Shown here piece by piece: positions 1 to 12,103 of a stretch of DNA of 64,000 nt. Origin of the DNA: Lophium mytilinum (lineage: Eukaryota); contig MU004197.1 in assembly GCA_010093605.1 (NCBI GenBank), positions 1,054,001-1,118,000 of the forward strand, written 5' to 3'. Position 1 is the stretch's first letter. The number at the start of each line of letters is the position of its first letter. The translations under genes were made by a program, and so were the position numbers. A model generated the notes under the pieces. It ran no database searches, was not told the origin of the DNA, and saw nothing but the letters and a program-made list of their open reading frames with translations.

Positions 1-1857
1 GCATCGCGGACGAGATCAGGGGCGGGGGAGAGTGCCGTCACAGCAGCCAGCTAGCTCTGCCGTTTCCAGATGCCACTAGTCCGCAGCTCCGGATAGCAGA
101 GGGCGGAGGGTCACTGATATCGGCGAGGAGGGGAGGACAGGGCGGCAGCCATACAGAGGGGGCGTCTGCGTGATGGGGCATGCTCATGCGTCGTCGAATG
201 CTCGTCAAATGCTCGCTGAGAAGACGCCGTTGAGCCCCCTCGCCGGCGGCCATGCCGCAGCATGGATGGCCATGTCAACGCTGCATGTCCAGCTGCAGAG
301 GCGACGCGAGCACGGCTACCAGAGTACGGCGTGCGGGCTTCACAACGATGCCGGCAGACGACGGGATCGCGCGCGCAAAGCCGCAAGCCGTGGGCTCTGC
401 TGACGGACCGCTCCTCGTGTGCTGGTCTCCAACAAAAGGGCCGGTAGGAAGGCAGGCAAGCGGGAGGTGAGACAGGCGATGCCAGTCTAGTTGAGGATGC
501 CGGGACCCTCCCGGAGAGAGTGGCGCTTTACTGCTCAGTTCGCAGCAACCCCCGCCTGGCGCGGCCGAAGGGCTCCTCAGAGTCTGCAGACCAGAGGCCG
601 TGACCAGCGCCCGTTGGGCCCAGCTTGCTGCGTCGAGGGTGCATCGTGGGCAGCACTGAAGGCGCTGTGTGGTGCTAGCCCGCGAAGAGGCTGGTGTCGA
701 AGCATGTTCCACATAGGCTGGCCATGGCATCGATGGCATCGAGGGGGCTCGAGGAGCATCAAGGGCCATGGCAGAGTGGGGCCCAAGGCGCGGTTGACGT
801 TTGCAAATCCCTGATGAGGCGCGACTCAGGTGTTGGCGTTGCGCAACTCTCATGGGCCTATCCTCCACAATTTCCACTGGCCAAGCACCGCCATCCGACC
901 TCGGGTCCTCACGAGTAACGCGCGATGCCGCCCGCCAGCTGCCCGCCTGCACCGGCCCAGCTCCCCCGCGGGTAGTGCGAGTCCTGTCTGCCATGGGCCG
1001 TGGTGAACTGGTCGAGGCGGTTGCAGGAGCTGTGAAGATGAAGACGAAGAGCAGGAACAGCAACCCAAGACAGCAACGCAGACAGCAGCCAGCCGCACAG
1101 ACGGAGACAGAGAGGATTACCTGGCACGCCTGGCACTGGGTACATTTCCGATAGCTGATCGCCTCCAGGGCGGCAGGCCAGACCGTGCGCGCTGGGGGCT
1201 GGCCGGAGCGTTTGGCCGAGCGTAGAGGCTGTGGAGTAGTGTGAGAAGCGCAGCCAGCATCAAGGCCCGCACCACTTCACGCCCATATTATCGATAGCGC
1301 CGCCAGGATGGCCTGGTACAAGTCACTGTCCTGTTGCCCTACCACGCATCCTGTGCGCGACCGCATCTCCCCTTTCCAGCTCTCGCCTCGTTGCTTCCAG
1401 AACGCTGCCAGTGAGAACGCCGCGCTCTCCCCGGCCTCACCATCCTACTCTACTCCACACTCCCTAGCCTGCTGCTCCCATTCGCCGTCCTAGCCTCATC
1501 CCGAACGCGAGCCCTCGCCGCCAAGCGAGCCTCCATGACTACCTAGCCGTCCAGCTCCCGTACTATCTCGACTTCACTTCGCTCTCTCGCCCTTCGTCTG
1601 CGTGGGTCGTGACCCAACATCTCTCAATTGATCTGTCCTGTACTTCTCGCGCCTGTTATCTGCCTCCTTCTTTCGCTCGAGCCAGTTGCTAGCCTGACAC
1701 GGCGCCGTACCTGGGGGATCGCCGATTAAACAGCCTAGAGTCCGGCTTGCCCTCACCACTTTCTTCGAAAAAGCAACTTCAACCATCCGGGGCTCTAGCG
1801 TCTTCACTGTTCGTTTCTTGGGCCACCGCCTGTCTGGAGCTCGTTGGACCCGCAAAG

Positions 1858-1971
1858 GTATGACAGAGAGTCGTGCCCGCACCCCTCACTCCCCCCTCTC
1901 CAAGTGCATATACGTCCTAGACTTATCAGCCATTCATTGAAACCCCTCTAATCCTGCTAGTAATATTCCAG
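1858..1971 (+). other. Probable 5'-UTR intron of the WOPR gene
   Basis: AAG|GTATGA donor at 1858, CTAAT branch about 1948-1952, TTCCAG acceptor ending 1971, inside a long pyrimidine-rich leader. Confidence 0.5.
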
Positions 1972-2314
1972 GTGCGCATATCACATGCCGCCGACGTCCA
2001 TCAGACCGAGCTCCACGTGTGGTTCTGCCCATTTCGTGGGGATCAGAGAGTCTTCGCCAGCGAGCACTGAGTTAGATAATTCCTATTCACGACGCAGCCA
2101 GTTAATGTGTGAACCTCGTACCGCCTCAATCAGGATTCCGACGTTGCTTGAGTGCTGCGACTCTGAGTTTTCTCGAAAGCTCCCCCGTTGCTGTGCTAAA
2201 TTGCTTCCTCTTACCGGCGCCTCGCCATCGACTTGTTTAAACTCTCTATCCCACCAGCACCACCACTTCGCCAACTCTAAGATTCAACATACGATAATTG
2301 GATAAAAATTTGGA

Positions 2315-3913
2315 ATGGCTCACACGCAAAGCTACCCAGGCACCATGCCTATATCATCAAACGACCCGCCGTATATCCGTCGTCAAACTCATCCCACGTA
2401 CGAGGCGTATCACATAGAAAGCATAGGCGGAGGTGCATCACATCCAAACGCTAGTCTAGATTATCCAGCTGCCAGTAATCCTTCCCATTTGTACTCGTAT
2501 GGCAACCAATCTGTCGGCAGAGAAATTCGATCTATTCCAGGGTATGCGCCATTGCCGACTCGACCACGATCACCCGATTTCCCGGCATTGCCTGTACGAG
2601 GACGTTCCCCGGAGTTTGCACCGCTACCAGTCCGACCACGCTCACCGGAGCACCATGGCTTACCTGTACGACCACGTTCTTCGATCCCGACATCGTCAAG
2701 CGCTTCTCTTACTCGTAGGGATCAGTCCAGCGACGCCAAATTTGCACCTACTTTGAATGGCGCCATTCAGACGACTCACGATGGACTACTTGTTGTAGAA
2801 GGCTGTCTCCAGGGAGTTCTCATGCACGTTCCACGTCGCCCTCACGACAAAGAACGAGCAGATCAGATCAAAAGCGGCTCCATCTTTGTCTACGAAGAGA
2901 ATGCTTCAGGTATCAAGCGCTGGACCGATGGGCTGACCTGGAGTCCTAGTCGTATCATGGGCAACTTCTTGATATATCGAGAGCTTGAGAAGCCCTTTCC
3001 GCCAGGCGAGAAAAAGCGAGCTGTCAAACGGAAGCGAAGCACCGACGAAGAATCTGATTCCGACACGAAAGCAAAGGTGAAAGCTGAAGTCAAGCCTTCC
3101 ACACCAGTGGACCCAACAAAGAAGTCCAAGACACAAACCTACGTCGATAGTCTGACAGCAGACGAGCAACGCCGAATCCTAGGGTCGTTGGTCGATTCTT
3201 ACGGCTTCAAAGATGGCGGTCTCGTTAAGAAGACTATGAGCATCAAATATAAAGGCACCACGCATCACATTATCTCCTACTATTCCGTGGAAGATTGGAT
3301 CGAGTGTAAACTGCAGCGCCCAGTCGACATGTCAACACTTTCTTCATTACCAATCCGCCAAGAGCTCATCGAAGAGCAAAACTTCAGAGCCGGTCTCCTG
3401 GACGAAGAGCCAAAAATGCTTGTTGGTTTTCAAGGGGTCATTGGGCAGCCATCTTACGCGCAGACAATAGTCTACCCTCCGCCAATGTATTGCTTCGGTA
3501 ATCCTCCAGGGCCGCGCGAGGGTGTAGTCTCCGGCTATTCTTACCAGGCTCCACCGCATTATGATCACGTTCAACCCCATTACGAACAAGCTCAGCCACA
3601 ATACGAACAAGCTCAATCACGTTATGATCAGCAGCAGTCACATTACGTACAAAATCCTAGTCGACCTCACAGTACGGCTGTCTCAGCATCTGCTCCACAG
3701 CAAGAGCAGCTTCAATATCCGGCGTCAACGACATCGGGTCATGATCTGCCACCTCAAGGCCTGTTTCATCAGGTGGATCCATTTCAGTCCGACATGGCTG
3801 TACAGGGAATACGACATCGCGACATAAACCACCTGGATCACTATCAGACTGACTTGTCTACTATGCACGAGTACGGACCTCGTGACCTGAACCTAGCAGC
3901 AGACTACCAATAG
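2315..3913 (+). CDS. Gti1/Pac2 (WOPR-domain) transcription factor, Wor1/Ryp1/Sge1-like
   Basis: Intronless 532-aa ORF with WOPR motifs PRRPHDKER..IKSGSIFVYEENASGIKRWTDGLTWSPSRIMGNFLIYRELEKPFPPGEKKRA and GSLVDSYGFKDGGLVKKTMSI..HHIISYY; Q/Y-rich C-terminus. Confidence 0.95.
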   Translation: MAHTQSYPGTMPISSNDPPYIRRQTHPTYEAYHIESIGGGASHPNASLDYPAASNPSHLYSYGNQSVGREIRSIPGYAPLPTRPRSPDFPALPVRGRSPEFAPLPVRPRSPEHHGLPVRPRSSIPTSSSASLTRRDQSSDAKFAPTLNGAIQTTHDGLLVVEGCLQGVLMHVPRRPHDKERADQIKSGSIFVYEENASGIKRWTDGLTWSPSRIMGNFLIYRELEKPFPPGEKKRAVKRKRSTDEESDSDTKAKVKAEVKPSTPVDPTKKSKTQTYVDSLTADEQRRILGSLVDSYGFKDGGLVKKTMSIKYKGTTHHIISYYSVEDWIECKLQRPVDMSTLSSLPIRQELIEEQNFRAGLLDEEPKMLVGFQGVIGQPSYAQTIVYPPPMYCFGNPPGPREGVVSGYSYQAPPHYDHVQPHYEQAQPQYEQAQSRYDQQQSHYVQNPSRPHSTAVSASAPQQEQLQYPASTTSGHDLPPQGLFHQVDPFQSDMAVQGIRHRDINHLDHYQTDLSTMHEYGPRDLNLAADYQ

Positions 3914-4941
3914 TCGAGCAAACTGAATCAGACTCTTTCTTAGCCTCATTATCATATTTGGCATCGTTCCGGCAATTTCCGAACTCGCATTATACCAGGA
4001 TGTAGGATGCATTACTATCACGATTCCCGCTCTTATCAATATCTTTTCTTGTTTGCATGAGCGGCTAGGGAGCGCAGCAAGCCTGTAGACCCAGGACCGA
4101 TTCTTTTCACGTTTACGCCCATACCATTTCTAGGTCCAACAAAAATCTCTTTGGCGATATACGGGCATCATGGACGGAGTATTTTATGATGTACGGCTTA
4201 TACTAGTCTAACGCGACAAGGAGGAGAGGAAGTCAGAGACCGAGCACTCTCTAGGTCAAAAGGAAACCCTGTGGAAATACCCGAAAGAGAGAGAGTTTTG
4301 TTGTGCACCCTTGTTTTCTACGCAATGAACTGGCGTTGGGTACGGAGTTTTCACGGAGGGGTTTCTGGGAGATGAAGCCCTAAATCGACCTCATATTCTT
4401 CTATACAAACCGACGAAGTTAAGGTTGTGCCAGAGAGAGGAGGGAGCCTGACCGATTAGTACATAGTATACTAGATAGACAAACACAAAGCCAATAGCCC
4501 TACACTTCGTATAACATGTATCATGTCTCGAGCTCCATGACCGTACCCACCAAATGCCAATACCCCCACAAAGCCTTCCAGTCCTATAAAACTCCATCCA
4601 CTTCTCTTTGGCGTCTCTTGCTCGGCGTCTCTAGCTCCCCTACACCCAGAATCCCCTTGGACTAAACCTACCCTTGTACGACATGACGTCCCCATAAACC
4701 CCCCTGCTGTGCGTCCGCCACGCACCAGGGCCGGCTATGCAGTGAACTCCGCTTCGGGCCCTAGCGCGCTTGGCCACGTGCTCGCTTGTGCACCCCGGTC
4801 GATTCGGCCAGCCCTGTTCGACGTCGTGCTTGCTTCTGCGCTACTCTACTTCAACGACCGCCATAGCTGTCCCATCGCGCTTCGCCGATCCTAGAAAATC
4901 ACGTTGGTGCAGGGAGCTGATGGAGTAACTGCTTTCTGGAC

Positions 4942-6608
4942 ATGGCGACGATTCTTGTGCCGCGTTTTCTTGGGAGGGTTGGGCGGGGCAGGGGGTTGAG
5001 GGGTGCGGCTTTGGGCGGATTGGGGAAGTGGAGGGGGGAGGGAAGGGCCTGTGGGGTGTTTGGGAGGGAGAGGCAGAGGGAGGGTGTTTTTGTGGGTTTC
5101 TCGACGAAAGCGTGCATGATGGCTGATGGGGAAAGGGGGAGGATTGGGGAGGGAGAAGCAAAGGTTAGTGACGTATCTCGTTATCAAGTTAATGTTGTCA
5201 CTGGTGGCTTCCTTCTCATTTTTTCTCTTTTTCTGGATACTCAATGTTCTTTTATATGATGGACTGGAACTCGCAAGATTATCTATCTGAGCGCTTGGGA
5301 GAGGCCGAGGGGTTTCCTCTATGATATATGACTTCGCGTATTTGAATCGGATCGAGCTGTATGTTGGAAATCGGTTATGAAACTTTTTAGATCAATTGGT
5401 CTGACATCCTTCTTCCTTAGCATAGGTTCTTTTCTGTACATTTCTCTTTTGAACCGTTTCCAGTACCTCCTTATACGCTTTCTATTTTTGCCTGGCTTTA
5501 CGCTATATCTATCTAAATCATATCCCATATTCTTCTAAAATTTTATTTACCCTTTTTTGCCTCTGAGCCTCCGCTAAACGCTCTTAGACCCAAGCATCAA
5601 CACCATCACCAGCATCAGGAAAACCATCATCAACGCCCTCACTACCATCTTCCCCGAAAGCCCGCCTAACACCCAAAGCCCTCCGTCAAAACATCGCTTC
5701 CCGTCTCTCCGCCCTCCCGCGAGAAAACATCTACAACGTCCCCAACATCCTCACGTTCTCCCGCCTCGTCGCGACCCCCGTAATCGGCTACCTCGTGGTG
5801 CACAACCAGCACGCCTGGGCCGTAGGCCTCTTCGCCTACGCCGGCATAACCGACCTAGTCGACGGCTGGATAGCGCGAAAATGGAAGCTACAAACCGTCG
5901 TCGGCAGCGTCGTCGACCCCATGGCGGACAAAATCCTCATGACAACGCTCGTGTGCTGCTTGGCCATTAACGGCAGTCTCCCACGTAAGATACAATGGCG
6001 TCATTTGATGCGTTTTCCGCACAATCGATTGGTGCTTGAATCACGCGAGGGCTAATGACTAAACACCAGTACCGCTCGCAACCCTCATCCTAGGCCGCGA
6101 CGCGTCTCTCGCGATTGCCGCCATCTACTACCGCTGGACGTCGCTCCCGGAACCAAAGACCCTGACGCGCTACTGGGATTTCTCGCTTCCGTCCGCAGAG
6201 GTCCATCCGACTACCATCTCGAAGCTGAACACTTTCCTGCAGCTCGGCCTCATCGGTGCTACTCTCACGTTGCCCTTGCTCGTGCCCGCTGCTGCCGGGA
6301 GTGGTGAGAGCCTGCTGAAGCCTGTGGCAGAACTGCTGGGTAGGGCCGAAGGCGTCAAGACGATTGTGATAGGGCTGCAAGGCGTAGTAGCTGCCACGAC
6401 GCTGTGGTCGGGCGCTAGCTACATCTGGACGAAGGACGCGGTGAAGATCCTGGGAGATGATGAGGTTCTGAAAAAGAAGCAAGGGTTCAGGGGGAGGATG
6501 GTGATTGGAGGGACTTTTGGAATCGTGTTGGCCGTCACGGCGGCGCTGGCGTGGAGGGATTGGACTGAGGAGAACGACGACGGAAAAGAGGAGGGAGAGG
6601 GGAAGTGA
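4942..6608 (+). CDS. CRD1: Cardiolipin synthase (CDP-alcohol phosphatidyltransferase); join(4942..5163,5588..5984,6070..6608)
   Basis: Arg/Gly-rich presequence-like exon 1; ENIYNVPNILTFSRL and CDP-OH motif DLVDGWIARKW..VGSVVDPMADK; YWDFSLPSAEVHPTTISKLNTFLQ. Introns 5164-5587 (GTTAGT..TAG, phase 0) and 5985-6069 (GTAAGA..CAG) keep the frame. Confidence 0.9.
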
Positions 6609-6840
6609 GCGAATCAGTAGGAATTTCTTTCAACAAAACATGTTCGGAGCATCAATGCTGGCTTGCTTGTATCACAAGGAGCTGGATACTGGTACATATG
6701 TATTATACAGGCATCTACAGCAACAAAAAGGAGTTTGCGTCCCTAGCCTATATGCCGCCCTCCCCAGCGCCACTGATGCTCGATCCAAGAACGCCTTATA
6801 ATGCATTCACACATAGACACTTGAGTCAATCGTTTCTAGG

Positions 6841-8981
6841 TCAATCGGCCCCGGCGTCCATAAAGATTCTCTTCCGCCCTTCTACCTCCTCCCTTTTCCG
6901 GCTCCTGGACTCATCCTTCTGTGACCGTTTCACATAATGCAAGAGCCGAAGCGCTCCATGCGGCGTCATGCCCTCAATCCGTCTCGCCTGTCCAACGCTC
7001 TCCGGCCGCGTCAGTTGCAGCAGCTTCTTCTCTTCGGCACTCAGTCCATGAATTCCCTTGTAATCCAGATCCTCCGGCAACCTCAATCCCTCATCGATGA
7101 GATAGCGCTGCTGCATAGCAGTCTGATTGACCACATACGGCGCATACACCGCATTGATCTCGACCCGATTTCGGATATGCGGCGAGAAGCGCTTGATATC
7201 CGGGAGGAAATCAATTAGCGAAGCTGTTGAGGTGTTTGGTAATCGCAGCAGCTCGTAAGCTGATCGACGAGTTGTGTCCACGCGGACGCGGAAGCCCGAT
7301 GCAACCCATTCGGGTGCGCTCAGGATCTTCTCTTGTAGAAGCGTCGTGAGCGCTGCCATCTCCTCCGTCTCGTTCTCGAACGCTGCCCAACGCACGTCTC
7401 TGACGACACCGGCAGCTCGTCCCATGGCTGTTAAGCGGGCGTCGGCGTTGTCGGCGCGCGCGGACATGCGGTATTCGCTGCGGGAAGTGAACATGCGGTA
7501 GGGCTCGGACACGCCCTTTGTGATAAGGTCGTCGATCATGATGCCGATGTACCCATCTGCTCTTGACAAGGAGAAGGGTTCTTTAGACTGTGCAGCTAAG
7601 CCGGCGTTGATTCCGGCGATGATGCCTTGCGCGGCGGCTTCCTCGTACCCTGTGGTGCCGTTGATCTGGCCAGCGAGGAAGAGACCGGATATTGCTTTCG
7701 TCTCTAGGGTTGATCGTAGGCTGCGGGGGTCTACGTAGTCGTATTCCACACCGTAACCAGGCTGCAGCATGGTCACATTTTCCAGTCCACGGACCGTCTT
7801 GAGCATGGCCTCTTGTGCGTCGGCGGGAACAGTCATGGAAATCCCATTGGGGTAGATCACGTCGCTGTCGAAGCCTTCAGGCTCTAGCCAGATAATGTGC
7901 TGGGTCTTGTCGCTGAATCGGATGACTTTGGACTCCAGCGAGGGACAATATCGAGGCCCCTTAACTGTTTCCCTAATATGTATAGATTTGTCTAGATTCG
8001 CTCGAATAATGTCGTGGGTGGCGTGGTTGGTGTGAGTAATATGGCATAGCATTTGGTCCTTGATAGAAACCGTCTGGTTCAGGTAGCTAAACGGCATTGG
8101 CGGCTCGTCTCCGAGGGATTGCTCAAGAGCCTTGAAGTCGATAGTCTTGGCATCCAGCCGTGGTGGAGTGCCAGTCTTTAGTCGTCCTAGCTGGAAACCT
8201 GCGTCTCGTAGAGATTTGCTGAGGCCGAATGTCGCAGCTTCGCCCATGCGTCCTGAAGGGTATGCTTCCAGTCCTGTATACACTTAGCAAGCGTCACTTG
8301 CATCTCCGAGACATAACTCACCAATATGAATCTCTCCTCCCAGAAAAGTCCCTGTTGTAATAACCACATTACTAGCTGGTATAACCTGTCCGCCTTCTAA
8401 CCTCACTCCCGTAATTTTCCCATGCCGCCCCTTCTCCTGCTGTCCCTCCTTGTCCACGATGATATCCGCCACACTGCCCTCTACAATCGACAGATTCTTG
8501 TATCCCACCATCTCTTCACGCATATGTTTCTTATACAGCGCCCGATCAATCTGCGCACGAGGGCCCCAGACCGCGGGGCCTTTCGTCCGATTGAGGACTC
8601 GAAACTGCACTCCCGCCTTATCCACGATACGGCCGACTACTCCGTCCAGCGCATCAATCTCCCGTAGCATCGTTCCCTTTCCAATCCCTCCAAAACTAGG
8701 GTTGCAGGAGCAGACTCCTAAATTGTCGAGCTTAGGTGTGACAAGTGCGGTACGGGCGCCTGAGCGAGCGGCGGCAGCGCTGGCTTCGCATCCGGCGTGG
8801 CCGCCTCCAATGACAATGACATCGTAGGGTCTGCATAGTGTTAGAGTGTTGCTCGTTGCTGTAAAGTCTGGAGAGTATACCGAGCATCACTGGTAACGGT
8901 GGCAAAGCCACGCCGGGCTCGAACGACTGATCGTACTCGGGGCGCGTGGCCCCAGAGTATACGCGCTCGTACAGGAGCCAT
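6841..8981 (-). CDS. MTO1: Mitochondrial tRNA U34 modification enzyme (GidA/MnmG); exons 8981-8881, 8830-8322, 8273-6841
   Basis: [18 protein letters not shown] motif, [77 protein letters not shown]; Arg-rich presequence; introns 8831-8880 and 8274-8321. Confidence 0.97.
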
Positions 8982-9867
8982 TGTGACAATGGGAGTGGTG
9001 GTGGCGTTCAAGATGCCCACCAGAATATGTTGATGGGAGTTCGGAGGTGTCGATTCTCGCCGCTGAAAGACGGATCACGTGTGATCAGACTCCGTGCTTT
9101 TCAATCGTTGATTCAGTCACATCACGGCGTCAGTAATCGACGACTGTGGAGCCAGCAGTACTAGAATCGCTCTTCTATGTATCACTACGCGTAGATACTT
9201 CTATACACCAGGTACTGTAGTACATAGGGACCACTCTTAGGCGTTGCTAGCCAGCTACCAACTTCGTACCTAGAGGACACTTCATACATTTCTACATTTG
9301 ACAGTGTCACACATCATTTCACATCAAAAGTCTCGCATCATAGAAAAACTTCTTTGTATTCATAGGAGGAAACCCTTCTCGGGTCAAAACCTCCCATTCC
9401 ATCTCAAAGTACCAAAATCTCATAACCCTCTGACGATCCATTTCCGCCTAAGTATCTGTGAACACGCTGCCCCGAAGGAGTGACAAAAGTTGGGAATACA
9501 TGGCCGGGGAAGGGTCGAGATGAAATAGTCTACAAGGGCCGGCTATGCCCTACATATACAAAAATATGGTGATACAAAATGCAGAGGATGAGATCTTGGG
9601 GTGGTAGGAGTGGACGGCCCGAAGGCCGAAGAAGAGAAGAGGGACGAGGGGAGGAGAGGGTTTTGTAGTGTTCGGTGAGAGTGCTGAGTCAGAGATGAGT
9701 GTGTGGTTCCATGGTAAGGCCGTGAGCACGCGTACGTGGCATGAAGGCATGATAAGTAGAACCACGGTAGAGAGTGGAGGAATCGCGTCAGGTCACCTAT
9801 AGTAACAACGCGATAACGTGTTTACTAAATTGATATACACGCATAGTCAACAACACAATATCTCATC

Positions 9868-11031
9868 TCACAGCCCTCCCAGCCCTAACCCCTCCTTCAA
9901 ACAATTGTACGTATAGTTCCCATTCCCATATCCCACAAAATTCAACTCCGGCCACTTCTTCTCCGGCCCATCCAAAACCGCCTCCTTCTCCCCCATCAAC
10001 TTGTCAAAGAAGGCCGTCACCACAGCCCTCACAATCTGAACCATCCTCGTCCCATCAATCGTGCCCACCTCTGGCTGGTCGTTCTTCCCCAATCCCTTCC
10101 AGATCGCTGCATCACTGAAGTCCAAATGCAGCGCAGCATCCACCGTAACCTCTCTCCACCAACCCGTCTGCGCCTTCGGGAAGATGCCCCACGTGCCCTC
10201 GTTTTCGGGCGTGTGGTCCTGCTGGCCGAACATCATCACGTTGCGTTTCTCGTCTGGTACGCCGACGGTGGTGTTGGCCGGGTCGCCGGTGAGGAGGCCG
10301 TCCATGTTGATGCCGGCCATCACCGACGGTAGTTGCAGCATAGCACCCAGCGCCGATGCGCCGCCCAGGGAGTGCCCGAAGACAGCAAAGTGGGTGGCGT
10401 TGAAGGGCGCATTGAGCTGGCTTGTGAGAGTCGGGAAGTAGTCTATTAACGCGGCAAAGTCCTTGATCCGCATTTCGTAAATTGCGTTGAAGAGTTCTAG
10501 GGAGAAGCTGTAGACTACTGGTAGGCCGTAGATACTAGTTCCATCCGGGTACTGCAGATATGGCTGCTCGTAAGGGTGGTCTACAGCGGCGATTGTGTAG
10601 CCATGAGATGCGAGCTCGGATAGAAGAGCTGTGTACATGATTGATGGGGGACCACCTCCTCCAGGTCCGAATAACAACGTTGGATATGAGGACTCGTCGT
10701 TGTGGCCTTGAAGAAAAGGAGCATTTTGCTGCACGGATGAGGTGACGTGCTGAATGGTTCCAGCTGTGTAGTTCCAAGCACTCTCAAAAACGCTAGCAGT
10801 GGTGTTGTCAATGTAAGGCTGAGGGCCATTGGGAACACTTTTCGTCGGGTAGAAGAGCGTAATCAGAAGCGAAGTACCGATCTTGTTTGGAGCAACAGGG
10901 TCATCTTGTGTGATGTGCTCAAATACATGCTTCGAAGATCCTACTTGATATCGACCTGTTGGGGGCGGAATAGATGTTGCGGATATCCCGTGTAGCAGAC
11001 CAAGAAGGATGACAGAGCTTGAGAGCATCAT
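9868..11031 (-). CDS. Secreted alpha/beta hydrolase, PAF-acetylhydrolase-like lipase/esterase
   Basis: Signal peptide MMLSSSVILLGLLHGISA, PPPTGRYQVG, ELASHGYTIAAVDHPYE, nucleophile GHSLGG, GINMDG, HLDFSD; intronless. Confidence 0.88.
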   Translation of the reverse strand: MMLSSSVILLGLLHGISATSIPPPTGRYQVGSSKHVFEHITQDDPVAPNKIGTSLLITLFYPTKSVPNGPQPYIDNTTASVFESAWNYTAGTIQHVTSSVQQNAPFLQGHNDESSYPTLLFGPGGGGPPSIMYTALLSELASHGYTIAAVDHPYEQPYLQYPDGTSIYGLPVVYSFSLELFNAIYEMRIKDFAALIDYFPTLTSQLNAPFNATHFAVFGHSLGGASALGAMLQLPSVMAGINMDGLLTGDPANTTVGVPDEKRNVMMFGQQDHTPENEGTWGIFPKAQTGWWREVTVDAALHLDFSDAAIWKGLGKNDQPEVGTIDGTRMVQIVRAVVTAFFDKLMGEKEAVLDGPEKKWPELNFVGYGNGNYTYNCLKEGLGLGGL

Positions 11032-12103
11032 GAAGGCAGGGGAAACTCGCTGTCCCACGGATACCTAGTCGGAGGGAACGGCTTGTTTTATAGCGCCTTT
11101 CAGCGGAAGAAAGCGAAGCCTAAGACTATGAAGGCGTATCATCCAGTTGTGCCTCAGTGGAAGATTACCAGCATCGCGAGCAACGGAGGTATTCCTGCAT
11201 AGGTAGGTGCAACAAACAAGCTTCCGGTTAAGGTTGCAGATGCGAATTCTTCGGGATTTGCTAGGCCCTGCTAGGATATACTGGGGTTTGTAAGCCCTAA
11301 CATGCTGGAGGTGATTAGAATGGTTGATCTACAAGCATGCGGAAGTTACCTACCGGCGGCTGGCGTCAGCTTGAATAAGCCTGTTTAAGGTCACGTGAGA
11401 AAGTGATAGTAAAATTGTAAATGGTGATCTTCGATTGCGGTGATATGTGAAATATGTAAATGGTCCTTCTTTGTCGACTGCGAAGTGTGAACATACTGTG
11501 TATTTGTAGTCTCAATGCGGTACCACCATGCCTTCGTGACGAATGAAAACAGCTATATACTAGGTTAGAGAGAATCGACAGTTTGCGACTAGCACACCGA
11601 GATACTTCTAGAGTGCAGCTGATCATGAGGTTATCCATCGGCGGCCGTCTTGATGATTCCTGGATGGCCTGAAGTAGGGGACAGTCGATTACAAGCTCAC
11701 TTGAAGCTAATCCTGTTACAATCGACTACTCTAACCTTCTTATTAGAATTCCCTGATGAAGAGCGTAGTATCCATGATCAGTGAACGTTGGATGTTGTTG
11801 GTGAGACCTGCTCTTTGCAAACAGAAATATTACATTGCTACCAAAAAAACCCAGCCTGACCCCAGCAACTCCCCAACCGCGCTATCCGAGTGGAGATAGT
11901 ACATACGAAAGAAAGGAAGTATCTTTACAGTACTAGCGAGAGTGTTCCCAAAGGTTCAATAACAGTCGTACAACACTCTAGGCAGAGTTGAATTCAGAGT
12001 TAAAGTCATCCAAGGCTTCTTCCGCTGATTCCCTCCCGCCTACCCCCGGTTTAGAATGTATCGTGCTGATGATCCTGATCGAGGTGATGCGCTTGGTAGT
12101 GGC

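Noticed and set aside
1..1500. Many overlapping ORFs (e.g. 275..1063, 262 aa)
   Set aside because: GC-rich regulatory DNA; R/A/P/S-rich translations with no recognisable domain.
5319..5528. Basic 69-aa - strand ORF
   Set aside because: Complement of the T-rich CRD1 intron; Lys/Arg richness is a composition artefact.
9480..9800. Purine-rich stretch with a broken reading frame (MPYIYKNM..W*EW..)
   Set aside because: No recognisable homology; cannot support a pseudogene call.
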